From: Macrostomum hystrix
Taxonomy: Eukaryota > Animalia > Platyhelminthes
Reading direction: 5' to 3'
DNA length: 64,000 nt
Assembly: GCA_950097015.1 (NCBI GenBank)
Contig: CATNEN010000011.1
Coordinates: 2,790,001 to 2,854,000 of the forward strand
Positions 18,369-31,400 of this stretch are shown one piece after another. The notes beneath the pieces are model-generated. The model was given only the letters and a program-made list of their open reading frames with translations. It had not been told where the DNA came from and ran no database searches. A program made the position numbers and the translations under genes. Every line of letters begins with the position of its first letter. Within the stretch, counting starts at the first letter, position 1.

Positions 18369-20767
18369 CTAACGGAAGCCCTTCTTGGTGCCTCTCTGTT
18401 CGTCCCACTTCATGGCCAGCCGGTAGACAGGGGCGCTCAGGAACAGGTTCAGGTTGGCCATCACCCAGAACCAGAAGCTGAAGGCCGGGTAGCCGCCCTG
18501 ATAATTGGACCAGATGATGTAGAGAATCCAGCTGATCAAAAATAGAAACCCGGCCACTATTAGTAGGATCACCACCGACCACATGACGCGAATGTTCAGT
18601 TTAACGCGAGGCGCGCACAGTTCTACTAGGACCAGAATCATAATAACTAGAACAATCAGCAGCGATAGGATTGCGAAGATCAGCACGACCAGTGGAAACG
18701 CTGCGAATGCAATTGTGAAATATTTTTAAAAGAAATTTTGAAAAAATGAAATCTCACCTACTACAGGTGTCTCCTGTTTTATAGACCTGTGTGTACCATA
18801 GACAGTGTCTTCCGTACTATAGACATGTACCATAGATATTGTCTTCTTTTCTATAGACTGATGTGTGGATCCTGTTCTATAGACTGATGTGTGTCCTGTT
18901 CTATAGACTGATGTGTGTCCTATTCTATAGACTGATGTGTGTCCTGTTCTATATACTGATGTGTGTCCTGTTCTATAGACTGATGTGTGTCCTATTCTAT
19001 AGACTGATGTGTGTCCTGTTCTATATACTGATGTGTGTCCTGTTCTATAGACTGATGTGTGTCCTGTTCTATAGACTGATGTGTGTCCTATTCTATAGAC
19101 TGATGTGTGTCCTATTCTATAGACTGATGTGTGTCCTGTTCTATATACTGATGTGTGTCCTGTTCTATAGACTGATGTGTGTCCTATTCTATAGACTGAT
19201 GTGTGTCCTGTTCTATAGACTGATGTGTGTCCTGTTCTATAGACTGATGTGTGTCCTATTCTATAGACTGATGTGTGTCCTATTCTATAGACTGATGTGT
19301 GTCCTGTTCTATAGACTGATGTGTGTCCTGTTCTATAGACTGATGTGTGTCCTGTTCTATAGACTGATGTGTGTCCTATTCTATAGACTGATGTGTGTCC
19401 TGTTCTATAGACTGATGTGTGTCCTGTTCTATAGACTAATGTGTGTCCTGTTCTATAGACTGATGTGTGGATCCTGTTCTATAGACTGATGTGTGGATCC
19501 TGTTCTATAGACTGATGTGTGTCCTGTTCTATAGACTGATGTGTGGATCCTGTTCTATAGACTGATGTGTGTCCTATTCTATATACTGATGTGTGTCCTG
19601 TTCTATAGACTGATGTGTGTCCTGTTCTATAGACTGATGTGTGTCCTATTCTATAGACTGATGTGTGTCCTGTTCTATAGACTGATGTGTGTCCTGTTCT
19701 ATAGACTGATGTGTGTCCTATTCTATAGACTGATGTGTGTCCTGTTCTATAGACTGATGTGTGGATCCTGTTCTATAGACTGATGTGTGTCCTATTCTAT
19801 AGACTGATGTGTGTCCTGTTCTATAGACTGATGTGTGTACTGTTCTATAGACTGATGTGTGTCCTATTCTATAGACTGATGTGTGTCCTGTTCTATAGAC
19901 TGATGTGTGGATCCTGTTCTATAGACTGATGTGTGTCCTGTTCTATAGACTGATGTGTGTCCTATTCTATAGACTGATGTGTGTCCTGTTCTATAGACTG
20001 ATGTGTGTCCTATTCTATAGACTGATGTGTGTCCTGTTCTATAGACTGATGTGTGGATCCTGTTCTATAGACTGATGTGTGTCCTGTTCTATAGACTGAT
20101 GTGTGTCCTATTCTATAGACTGATGTGTCCTGTTCTATAGACTGATGTGTGTCCTGTTCTATAGACTGATGTGTGTCCTGTTCTATAGACTGATAGACAG
20201 TTAGACACAGGCGTCTCCTGTTAGACACAGGTGTCTCCTGTTAGACACAGGTGTCTCCTGTTAGACCCACGTGTCTCCTGTTAGACACACGTGTCTTCTG
20301 TTAGACAAAGGTGTCTCCTGTTGGACACACGTGTCTCCTGTTAGACATGGGTGTCTCCTGTTAGACACGGGTGTCTCCTGTTAGACATGGGTGTCTCCTG
20401 TTAGACACGGGTGTCTCCTGTTAGACACAGGTGTCTCCTGTTAAACACAGGTGTCTCCTGTTAGACACAGGTGTCTCCTTTTAGACACAGGTGTCTCTTG
20501 TTAGACACAGGTATCTCCTGTTAGACACAGCTGTCTCCTGTTAGACAGCTGTCTCCTGTTAGACAGCTGTCTCCTGTTAGACTCACCGACATAGTTATGA
20601 TAAGTCCAAGGCATGCCCAGGTGCCATTTGCAGGTGGAATTGTTGCTGCAGTCTCCCATTCGCCAGAAGTTCAGAATCAGCGAGCCGATGCCGGAGATCA
20701 GGGCGCTGACGGCACCCATGAATACCAGCCAGCGAAGGATTTTAGCTTTTGTCGATCTGGCTCCCAT
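18369..20767 (-). CDS. Small four-TM protein, PMP22/claudin-superfamily-like topology, 170 aa (exons 20587-20767, 18369-18700)
   Basis: G|GTGAGT donor and TTCGCAG acceptor join in frame (181+332=513 nt). Four hydrophobic helices; Trp/Cys-containing first loop. Confidence 0.65.
18850..20192 (+). repeat. 24-bp minisatellite (tatagactgatgtgtgtcctgttc)n, intronic
   Basis: Tandem units. Confidence 0.95.
20200..20580 (+). repeat. 20-bp minisatellite (gtgtctcctgttagacacag)n abutting the splice donor
   Basis: Tandem units run up to ctcctgttagactcac. Confidence 0.95.
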
Positions 20768-21049
20768 GCTTTTTCCTCTTGGAAATGTTTTGTTCTGAGC
20801 AATCAACTGTCAACTGAAGAATAATATAACAAAAATACAGAAGGCGAGGGTTTCAGTTTAAAAAGTCTCAATGCAGGCGTGAGAAAAATGTCTAAAATAC
20901 TCACATATTGAAGGGCAACGCCCTGTAGTGCATTACTTCTAGAACTAAAAAATAAAATGACGTTTTTTATCAAGACTGAGAACTAAAACTTGATTGAAAA
21001 AGTTTGCGGATCTGAAAAATCAAAGGATCTTGGCGGTTGGAGTGTCTGG

Positions 21050-22795
21050 AAGGTTGGGGATCTGGAATGCTGGGAGGATCTTGAGGCTGGAAGATCTGGG
21101 AGGTTGGGTATCTATGAGGTTTGAGGATCTGGGAGGTTAAGGAATCTTTGAGTTTTGAGGATCTGGGAGGTTGGGAATCTATGAGGTTTGAGGATCTGGG
21201 AGTTTGGGAATCTTTGAGTTTTGAGGATCTGGAAGGTTGGGAATCTTTGAGGTTTGAGGATCTGGGAGGTTGGGAATCTTTGAGTTTTGAGAATCTGGGA
21301 GGTTGGAAATCTTTGAGGTTTGAGGATCTGGGAGGTTGGGAATCTTTGAGTTTTGAGAATCTGGGAGGTTGGGAATCTTTGAGGTTTGAGGATCTGGGAG
21401 GTTGGGAATCTTTGAGTTTTGAGAATCTGGGAGGTTGGAAATCTTTGAGGTTTGAGGATCTGGGAGGTTGGGAATCTTTGAGTTTTGAGAATCTGGGAGG
21501 TTGGGAATCTATGAGGTTTGAGGATCTGGGAGGTTAAGGAATCTTTGAGGTTTGAGGATCTGGGAGGTTAAGGAATCTTTGAGTTTTGAGGATCTGGGAG
21601 GTTGGGAATCTATGAGGTTTGAGGATCTGGGAGTTTGGGAATCTTTGAGTTTTGAGGATCTGGAAGGTTGGGGATCTATGAGGTTTGAGGATCTGGGAGG
21701 TTGGGAATCTATGAGGTTTGAGGATCTGGGAGTTTGGGAATCTTTGAGTTTTGAGGATCTGGAAGGTTGGGAATCTTTGAGTTTTGAGGATCTGGGAGGT
21801 TGGGAATCTTTGAGTTTTGAGAATCTGGGAGGTTGGGAATCTATGAGGTTTGAGGATCTGGGAGGTTAAGGAATCTTTGAGTTTTGAGAATCTGGGAGGT
21901 TGGGAATCTTTGAGGTTTGAGAATCTGGGAGGTTGGGAATCTTTGAGGTTTGAGGATCTGGAAGGTTGGGAATCTTTGAGTTTTGAAGATCTGGGAGGTT
22001 GGGAATCTTTGAGTTTTGAGGATCTGGGAGGTTGGGAATCTTTGAGTTTTGAGAATCTGGGAGGTTGGGAATCTATGAGGTTTGAGGATCTGGGAGGTTA
22101 AGGAATCTTTGAGTTTTGAGGATCTGGGAGGTTGGGAATCTATGAGGTTTGAGGATCTGGGAGTTTGGGAATCTTTGAGTTTTGAGGATCTGGAAGGTTG
22201 GGAATCTTTGAGGTTTGAGGATCTGGGAGGTTAAGGAATCTTTGAGTTTTGAGGATCTGGGAGGTTGGGGATCTATGAGGTTTGTGGATCTGGGAGGTTG
22301 GGAATCTTTTAGGTTTGAGGATTTGGGAGGTTGGGAATCTATGAGGTTTGAGGATCTGGGAGGTTGGGAATCTATGAGGTTTGAGGATCTGAGAGATTGG
22401 GAATCTATGAGTTTTGAGGATCTGGGAGGTTAAGGAATCTTTGAGTTTTGAGGATCTGGAAGGTTGGGGATCTATGAGGTTTGAGGATCTGAGAGATTGG
22501 GAATCTATGAGTTTTGAGGATCTGGGAGGTTAAGGAATCTTTGAGTTTTGAGGATCTGGGAGGTTGGGAATCTATGAGGTTTGAGGATCTGGAAGGTTGG
22601 GGATCTATGAGGTTTGAGGATCTGGGAGGTTGGGAATTTATGAGGTTTGAGGATCTGGAAGGTTAAGGAATCTATGAGTTTTGAGGATCTGGGAGGTTGG
22701 GAATCTATGAGGTTTGAGGATCTGGAAGGTTGGGGATCTATGAGGTTTGAGGATCTGGGAGGTTGGGAATTTATGAGGTTTGAGGATCTGGGAAT
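21050..22795 (+). repeat. 33-bp minisatellite (tttgaggatctgggaggttgggaatctttgagt)n
   Basis: Tandem units. Confidence 0.95.
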
Positions 22796-23186
22796 TTAGT
22801 TTTTAGGATTTAGGATGCTGGGGATCCGAAAAGTTTAAATCTTTTAATTAGGGTAGACCATAGACGAAACAGCCCAAAATATTTAGGTGAGACAGTTTTT
22901 ATCGACAGTTCTTGCATTCCGTCAAAAATTAATCTAAAATTAGCGGCTACTTGAAGCTAAAGGCTTCGATTTCCTTAACAACCGCCTTAGTAACAACCAT
23001 GAAAATTAGTGCAACGCATTTTTGTCTGAGTCTCTGCTGGGAATATTGAGGACGACTTTTATTGTTAGGCGAATATAATATATAAAAAACGAATGCTTCT
23101 CACAAATGCCACAAATAGACAGGCAAGAAAATGGCAAGTCTCACGTTCTCAGTTTCTGCCATTGTCCTGCCTTTCTTGAACTCTAG

Positions 23187-26100
23187 ACTCCAGAATTTAT
23201 TCAAAAAGAATTGGACTCTATATACGTCCATTCTCTCCTTTCACGCCCGCTCCATAATTCTCTGTGCGTACACTGGCAGCAGAAAGTGTATAGGATTGGT
23301 CCTACGTACCTTTCTTTCCTTCTTTCAGCTTGGCAACAGCAAGCATTTGGAGAGAAACTTTGCCTAATGGTAAAAGGCCCCTAGCAACTAATGTACGCAT
23401 TTTTAAGTCCATATAGAATATTGATATATTTATTGAGTGTATGAAGACACATGTTGTGTGATAAAGATCATTTCAGTGAAAAATACTGTCAATATCTACT
23501 TAGATATGAGAGAGACAACGCATATTGTCTGCTTTCCTGTCAATAATCAACAGGTAAATTATAACTTATACTGTGATGCAGAATATACAATATGTAACTT
23601 CTTAATCCCTACGGAAACAACCACTCCCTATTCCACTCCCTACCCAATCATTCTGCTCCATGCCTAAACATTGCGCTTCCTTCTCAATCATTCTGCTCCC
23701 TACTCAATCATTCCGCTCCCTTCCCAATCATTCCGCCCCCTACCCAAACAATCTGCTCCCTACCCAAACAATCCGCTCCCTACTCAATCATTCCGCTCCT
23801 TACTCAATCATTCCGTTCCCTACTCAATCATTCCGCCCCCTACCAATCATTCCACCCCCTACCCAAACAATCTGCTCCCTACCCAAACAACCCGCTCCCT
23901 ACCCAAACAATCCGCTCCATACTCAATCATTCCGCCCCCTACCAATCATTCCGCCCCCTACCCAAACAATCTGCTCCCTACCCAAACAATCCGCTCCCAA
24001 CTCAATCATTGCGCTCCCTACCCAATCATTCCGCTTCCTACCCATACAATCCGCGCCCTACTCAATCATTCCGCTCATTATCTATTCACGCAAGTCCGTG
24101 GACATATTGCAGATTATTGACGCAATGCGCAAACTACAGGAGACCATATACACCAACGCCTTCTATCAGAAGCACGACCTGCGCAAGGCTATGGTAGACC
24201 TGTACTCAACTCACCTGCTAGTTGCTAACCTGTGTATTCGAACCGAGGAAGACATGGAAAAGTGTGTTAAATAAATATTTTTCTGCCAAACAATCCCAAT
24301 TTTTTATATTAGACTCTCAAAGACAGGATCTAACATGTTTGCCTCTCTGACATTCCCTGAGCTCGATTCCGCGGCGAGGTCACATTCAATTTAGGGCGCA
24401 GCCGCGGAGAGAAGGCTTGGTGGCTTGTCGTGCAATTTACACCCTCTATGGCCAACCTCCAAGGCACAGTGAGGGTGTACACTGCCTATTGATGAGAAAA
24501 TCAAGTCTGGTCTAACCTAGATCATTTAATCTACGAGTAATATTCTTTGACAAGAACTTCTCCACTTTATTACAGGGTGAAGCACGTCCTTGATTTGTAT
24601 CACGATCGAGTCTGTCGTTTAGTTAGCGACGGCCTGGTGCTGACCTTCCAAGGCTTGGGACTGCTCAATGAGACCGAACTGTACATGCAGGTGTTCAACG
24701 ATGACGCTCTGAGAACACTGAAGGACGTCTCCAGTAAGTTGAAAAACTCGCGTCGAAATGTGATTGGATATTGAATATTTAAGTTGTTGCTATTATTAGA
24801 ATTTATTGTCGGGGAATCCTTAAGCCAAAGCACGTGACCATCGCCTGAGCCAATCAAATTTAACTCCCATGCAGCCACGATTCGAAGCGCTTTAATGACC
24901 GCTGGAGTGCACGTTCTGCCACAGAAAAGTTTCGTCGGCCAAATCACCGTGTTCAAGTACAACCGCGACCAGGTGGCGAGTAAGGACCAGAATGCACTGC
25001 TGATTTTGTTTCTTTCTTTCTTTTCTACTTACAGTAGGACTTGGCGCTTATTGATTCCAGATATAGCTTGTACACTTTCAATAGACGAATGCAAAGAAAT
25101 AATTATCTGCATCTCAAATTTAAATACCCAGCTCTAACAGTTAAATACCTGTGTCTAACAGTTAAATACCTGTGTCTAACAGTTAAATACCTGTGTCTAA
25201 CAGTTAAATACCTGTGTCTAACAGTTAAATACCTGTGTCTAACAGTTAAATACCTGTGTCTAATAGTTAAATACCTGTGTCTAACAGTAACCTGTAGCCC
25301 TATCTAAGAAATGCCCCATTACGTTTTATTTCTGTTCAGGGGGCCTGAAGATTCAGGACGACCTGTGGGTGCCGCTGATGTACAATCAGTTCGGTCAGCA
25401 GCCCGTGCGCTGCCTGCAGCTCTGCGATGTCAACGACAAGCCGCGATGGAGCTACTACAAAGTAGAATGGCAGAAGTCCTTAGCGGTGAGAAATTGGCTC
25501 TTTATTTCTGTTGCAAATAAACTTGTAGTAGGAAAAAATACTAATCTCACTGAGATTCCAGTGTCTGAAATGATGTTTGTCTCACTGAGATTCCAGTGTC
25601 TGAAATGATGATTATCTCACTGAGATTTCCGTGTCTGAAATGATGTTTGTCTCACTGAGATTCCAGTGTCTGAAATGATGTTTATCTCACTGAGGTTTCA
25701 GTGTCTAAAATGATGATTATCTCACTGAGATTTCAGTGTCTAAAATGATGATTATCTCACTGGGATTTCAGTGTCTGAAATGATGATTATCTCACTGGGA
25801 TTCCAGTGTCTGAAATGATGATTATCTCACTGGGATTCCAGTGTCTGAAATGATGATTATCTCACTGGGATTTCAGTGTCTGAAATGATGATTATCTCAC
25901 TGGGATTCCAGTGTCTGAAATGATGATTATCTCACTGGGATTTCAGTGTCTGAAATGATGTTTATCTCACTGGGATTTCAGTGTCTAAAATGATGTTTAT
26001 CTCACTGAGATTCCAGTGTCTAAAATGATGTTTATCTCACTGAGATTCCAGTGTCTAAAATGATGTTTATCTCACTGAGATTTCCGTGTCTGAAATGATG

Positions 26101-26760
26101 TTTGTTTCACTGAGATTCCAGTGTCTGAAATGATGATTATCTCACTGGGATTCCAGTGTCTGAAATTATGATTATCTCACTGGGATTGCAGTGTCTGAAA
26201 TTATGTTTATCTCACTGGGATTTCAGTGTCTGAAATGATGATTATCTCACTGGGATTGCAGTGTCTGAAATGATGATTATCTCACTGGGATTCCAGTGTC
26301 TGAAATGATGATTATCTCACTGGGATTGCAGTGTCTGAAATTATGTTTATCTCGCTAAGATTTCAAGGCCTCTCACTGAAATTTAATTTTACAAACTGGT
26401 AACGCTTAAAGACACAACATATTTTGGGCCCCCCTAACCCACAAATCATTGCAGGCTTAATCAATAATTCTTGGCTACGATCGACGCTTTCAGATAATTT
26501 GAATAATGACAAGCACTGAGCTGTCTAATTGTTTAAAAACCTGTTTCTTGTTTGCAAAATATATTAAGTTGTAAAAAATCAATTAAGATGGTTGTTTGAA
26601 CAACAAGCATGATTAGAAACCCAAATAAACTATTTAATAAGCAATTAGAAACACAGAAACTATTTGATTTTTTTATTTGACTTTTTTAAGTTAATCATTT
26701 AATTCGATTTCTTTATTTTAGGCGTTTTACACTACAAAGGACAGTAAAATCTGTATCTAA
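23187..26760 (+). CDS. Uncharacterised multi-exon gene (candidate exons ~23187-23369, ~23480-23552, ~24095-24270, ~24578-24733, ~24867-24972, ~25340-25485, 26722-26760)
   Basis: Series of GC-richer open segments, most bounded by AG/GT (e.g. VKHVLDLYHDRVCRLVSDG, GLKIQDDLWVPLMYNQFG). No family recognised; exon chaining not fully verified. Confidence 0.4.
23625..24075 (+). repeat. ~20-bp C-rich minisatellite (ccctactcaatcattccgct / ccctacccaaacaatccgct)n
   Basis: Tandem units with two variants. Confidence 0.9.
24328..24515 (+). mobile_element. tRNA-derived SINE family A, 5' partial copy
   Basis: Shares tttgcctctc...ctcgattcc..ggcgagg head and ggccaacctccaaggcaca body with the copies at 40729 and 56872. 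Confidence 0.6.
25135..25290 (+). repeat. 21-bp minisatellite (taacagttaaatacctgtgtc)n
   Basis: About 7 tandem units. Confidence 0.95.
25545..26350 (+). repeat. 35-bp minisatellite (tctcactgggattccagtgtctgaaatgatgatta)n with an internal hairpin
   Basis: Tandem units; each contains the inverted repeat cactgg-gatt-ccagtg. Confidence 0.95.
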
Positions 26761-26916
26761 GCGTAGTAATTGAAAAAAGCAACATAGATAAACATATAGT
26801 ACAGGGTAGGTTAAAAAAGGAGTATAATTGGCCAACCTTATTGCGAAACACTTTCACGTTTTTTTAAATAGGTGTGAGACGGTTTGGTAGAAATGACGGA
26901 GGTATATGCAATAGAA

Positions 26917-27463
26917 CAGGGGTCGGCAAACTCCGGCCCGCGGGCCAGATGCGGCCCTCGAAGCTCCCAAATCCGGCCCGATGCGGCCCTCGAAGCTCCC
27001 AAATCCGGCCCGTTGCCCCTTCTGACATCTACAGTGTCCTGTTTCATCTCTCCCGTTTCTAATCTCTCCCGTGTCTCATCTCTCCTGTGTCTCATCTCTC
27101 CTGTGTCTCATCTCTCCCGTGTCTCATCTCTCCTGTGTCTAATCTCTCCCGTGTCTCATCTCTCCTGTGTCTCATCTCTCCTGTGTCTCATCTCTCCTGT
27201 GTCTCATCTCTCCCGTGTCTAATCTCTCCTGTGTCTAATCTCTCCCGTGTCTCATCTCTCCTGTGTCTCATCTCTCCCGTGTCTCATCGCTCTCGTGTCT
27301 TATCTCTCCCGTGTCTAATCTCTCCCGTGTCTAATCTCTCCCGTGTCGAATCTCTCCCGTGTCTCATCTCTCCCCTATCTCATATTTATACAGTCAATGC
27401 GGCCCGCTGTCATCTTTTAGGTTCTCTCTTTGGCCCGCCAGCAAAAAAGTTTGCCTACCCCTG
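26917..27463. mobile_element. Non-autonomous hAT (Charlie-like) MITE carrying an internal 16-bp minisatellite
   Basis: TIRs caggggtcggcaaact / agtttgcctacccctg (1 mismatch); 8-bp TSD caatagaa / caataaaa with central TA; (gtgtctcatctctccc)n at ~27040-27375. Confidence 0.85.
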
Positions 27464-28483
27464 CAATAAAATAATTCAATTCGCTTTATTATATATCCTT
27501 CATATATACAAATACAAACTTTCTGTACAATTGCAAACTGACTGACAAATGAAAAAAACTACAAAAATCTTGTTATTATACCATCTAATAGACTTTTAAA
27601 TCATTAATAATAAATATAAAGCACATTGTGATGACATAAGTGACAAGCCATAAAGTAAACAGAAATGAATAAAATTTGCGTTTTCAAAAAAAATTCAATC
27701 AAAGGACAAAGTCTGGCGCCAGTGAAAAAAATGAAACTGATTGCAAAAAACACAGAAATTTGATTAGCAAAATAAAACAGTTTCTTCATTATTATCAAGT
27801 CAAATCTTTAAAAGCACAGAAAATTAAAGTAAGGCATTGCACAAACATAGAAAACAGCGCAATTTAATAAAGACTTAGTTAATCTTACCTACTGAGTTAG
27901 TAGTATAACTGTCTATAAACAACAAAAATTTAAACTGGGTTCAGATTTTGGCAGATCAATTATAACAAAGTTATTTTACGACAATATATATATAATTATA
28001 ATAAGTACATTTTAACAGCTGTTTTACTTAAATAACTGACACAAATTGTAATGAAAACATTTAAAAATCTGCAATAAGCGAGAAAGAAACAAAGAAATTA
28101 CAACAGATTAATCCAGCAAAACAAGCAAGTTTATATCTTGAAATTATCAGGAACAACCTATCAAAGCTCCTGAATCCTGAAAGTTTGACAGCATTTAAAT
28201 TTAAAATTTTGATACGATTAACGCTACAAAATTAACGAATGACAGAATAACGAGTCTTTGTTGGTTTCTCGTTATTAGCTAGACATTTACTTATGCACCA
28301 AGAAACATAATAAAATAGGTCATTTAGATAGAGATCGTATAAGTAACATTGACAATCAGCCGATATGTATAGAAAAATTCAAAATCTAGATTTAGAATTC
28401 CACAAATCTGCGGTCAATGGTCTCATAAAGCTCAGAGCAGAACTTGAAAACTGACGAAAAAAATGAATAAAAAAATCAAGCAA

Positions 28484-31400
28484 TCAAAAGTCTCTAAAGT
28501 ACTCCTGGCCCATTGCGCTAGAGGATGGTACCTTCTTCCAGTCCTGCTCTTCGTAATTATCGTAGCAAGCAGTGTCACCGGCGTGCTGCACCTGCGGCAC
28601 AATGGGCGGCGTCAGCTTCCTATTGTAGACGTCATCCCAGTCGAGGCCGCGAAACCAGCGATGCGACCGGACGTCCTCGGCACCGCTCTTCATGTTGCCC
28701 AATCGTTTCGTGCGATCCAGGACTAGCAGCTTGCGGATTAAATCGCGTGCCTAGAACAGTGCGGGTTTGTGGAGCCAGCGATACTACTTACAGTAGATTT
28801 GTATCTCAACGTACCTCAGTCTAAAATCTCAATGGATCTCACACTCTATTCTCAATGGATCTTCTCACTCTCTAATCTCAATAGATCTCACTCTCTAACC
28901 TCAATAGATCTCACTCTCTAATCTCAATGGATCTCACTCTCTAATCTCAATAGATCTCACTCTCTAACCTCAATAGATCTCACTCTCTAATCTCAATGGA
29001 TCTCACTCTCTAATCTCAATAGATCTCACTCTCTAATCTCAATAGATCTCACTCTCTAATCTCAATAGATCTCACTCTCTAATCTCAATAGATCTCACTC
29101 TCTAACCTCAATAGATCTCACTCTCTAATCTCAATGGATCTCACTCTCTAATCTCAATGTATCTCACTCTCTAATCTCAATAGATCTCAATATCTAATCT
29201 CAATGGATCTCACTCTCTAATCTCAATAGATCTCACTCTCTAATCTCAATAGATCTCACTCTCTTATCTCAATGTATCTCACTCTCCTATCTCAATGTAT
29301 CTCACTCTCAAATCTCAATAGATCTCCCTCTCTTATCTCAATGTATCTCACTCTCCTATCTCAATGTATCTCACTCTCTAATCTCAATGTATCTCACTCT
29401 CTTATCTCAATGTATCTCACTCTCTAATATCAATGGATCTCAGTATCTAATCTCAATGGATCTCACTCTCCTATCTCAATGTATCTCACTCTCTAATCTC
29501 AATAGATCTCATTCTCTTATCTCAATGGATCTCACTCTCTAATCTCAATAGATCTCATTCTCTTATCTCAATGTATCTCACTCTCTAATCTCAATAGATC
29601 TCACTCTCTAACCTCAATAGATCTCACTCTCTAATCTCAATGGATCTCACTCTCTAATCTCAATAGATCTCACTCTCTAACCTCAATAGATCTCACTCTC
29701 TAATCTCAATAGATCTCACTCTCTAATCTCAATAGATCTCACTCTCTAACCTCAATAGATCTCACTCTCTAATCTCAATGGATCTCACTCTCTAATCTCA
29801 ATGTATCTCACTCTCTAATCTCAATAGATCTCAATATCTAATCTCAATGGATCTCACTCTCTAATCTCAATAGATCTCACTCTCTAATCTCAATGGATCT
29901 CAGTATCTAATATCAATGGATCTCAGTATCTAATCTCAATGGATCTCAGTATCTAATCTCAATGCATCTCACTCTCTAATCTCAATAGATCTCACTCTCT
30001 AATCTCAATAGATCTCACTCTCTAATCTCAATGGATCTCACACTCTTATCTCAATGTATCTCACTCTCTAATCTCAATGTATCTCACTCTCTTATCTCAA
30101 TGTATCTCACTCTCTAATCTCAATGGATCTCACTCTCTAATCTCAATGGATCTCACTCTCCTATCTCAATGTATCTCACTCTCTAATCTCAATAGATCTC
30201 ACTCTCTTATCTCAATGTATCTCACTCTCCTATCTCAATGTATCTCACTCTCAAATCTCAATAGATCTCCCTCTCTTATCTCAATGTATCTCACTCTCCT
30301 ATCTCAATGTATCTCACTCTCTAATCTCAATGTATCTCACTCTCTTATCTCAATGTATCTCACTCTCTAATCTCAATGGATCTCAGTATCTAATCTCAAT
30401 GGATCTCACTCTCTAATCTCAATGTATCTCACTCTCTAATCTCAATGTATCTCACTCTCTAATCTCTATGTATCTCACTCTCCTATCTCAATGTATCTCA
30501 CTCTCTAATCTCAATAGATCTCACTCTCTAATCTCAATAGATCTCACTCTCTAATCTCAATGGATCTCACTCTCTAATCTCAATAGATCTCATTCTCTTA
30601 TCTCAATGTATCTCACTCTCTAATCTCAATATATCTCACTCTCTAATCTCAATAGATCTCAATATCTAATCTCAATGGATCTCACTCTCTAATCTCAATG
30701 GATCTCACTCTCTAATCTCAATAGATCTCATTCTCTTATCCCAATGTATCTCACTCTCTAATCTCAATAGATCTCACTCTCTAATCTCAATAGATCTCAA
30801 TATCTAATCTCAATGGATCTCATTCTCTAATCTCAATGGATCTCACTCTCTTATCTCAATGTATCTCACTCTTTAATCTCAATAGATCTCACTCTCTAAT
30901 CTCAATAGATCTCAATATCTAATCTCAATGGATCTCATTCTCTAATCTCAATGGATCTCACTCTCTTATCTCAATGTATCTCACTCTCTAATCTCAATAG
31001 ATCTCACTCTCTAATCTCAATAGATCTCAATATCTAATCTCAATGGATCTCACTCTCTAATCTCAATAGATCTCAATATCTAATCTCAATGTATCTCACT
31101 CTCTAATCTCAATGTATCTCACTCTCTAATCTCAATGTATCTCACTCTCTAATCTCAATAGATCTCACTCTCTTATCTCAATGGATCTCACTCTCTTATC
31201 TCAATGGATCTCACTCTCTAATCTCAATGTATCTCACTCTCTAATCTCAATAGATCTCACTCTCTTATCTCAATGGATCTCACTCTCTTATCTCAATGGA
31301 TCTCACTCTCTTATCTCAATGGATCTCACTCTCTTATCTCAATGGATCTCACTCTCTAATCTCAATGTATCTCACTCTCTAATCTCAATGGATCTCACTC

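Noticed and set aside
18758-18773. Candidate micro-exon in the four-TM gene (CAG|...|GTGAG)
   Set aside because: 16 nt would shift the frame; the direct exon join is already in frame.
18863-22433. Repetitive ORFs (LMCVLFYR)n and (FEDLGGWESLS)n
   Set aside because: Translations of stop-free minisatellite frames, one inside an intron; no support as proteins.
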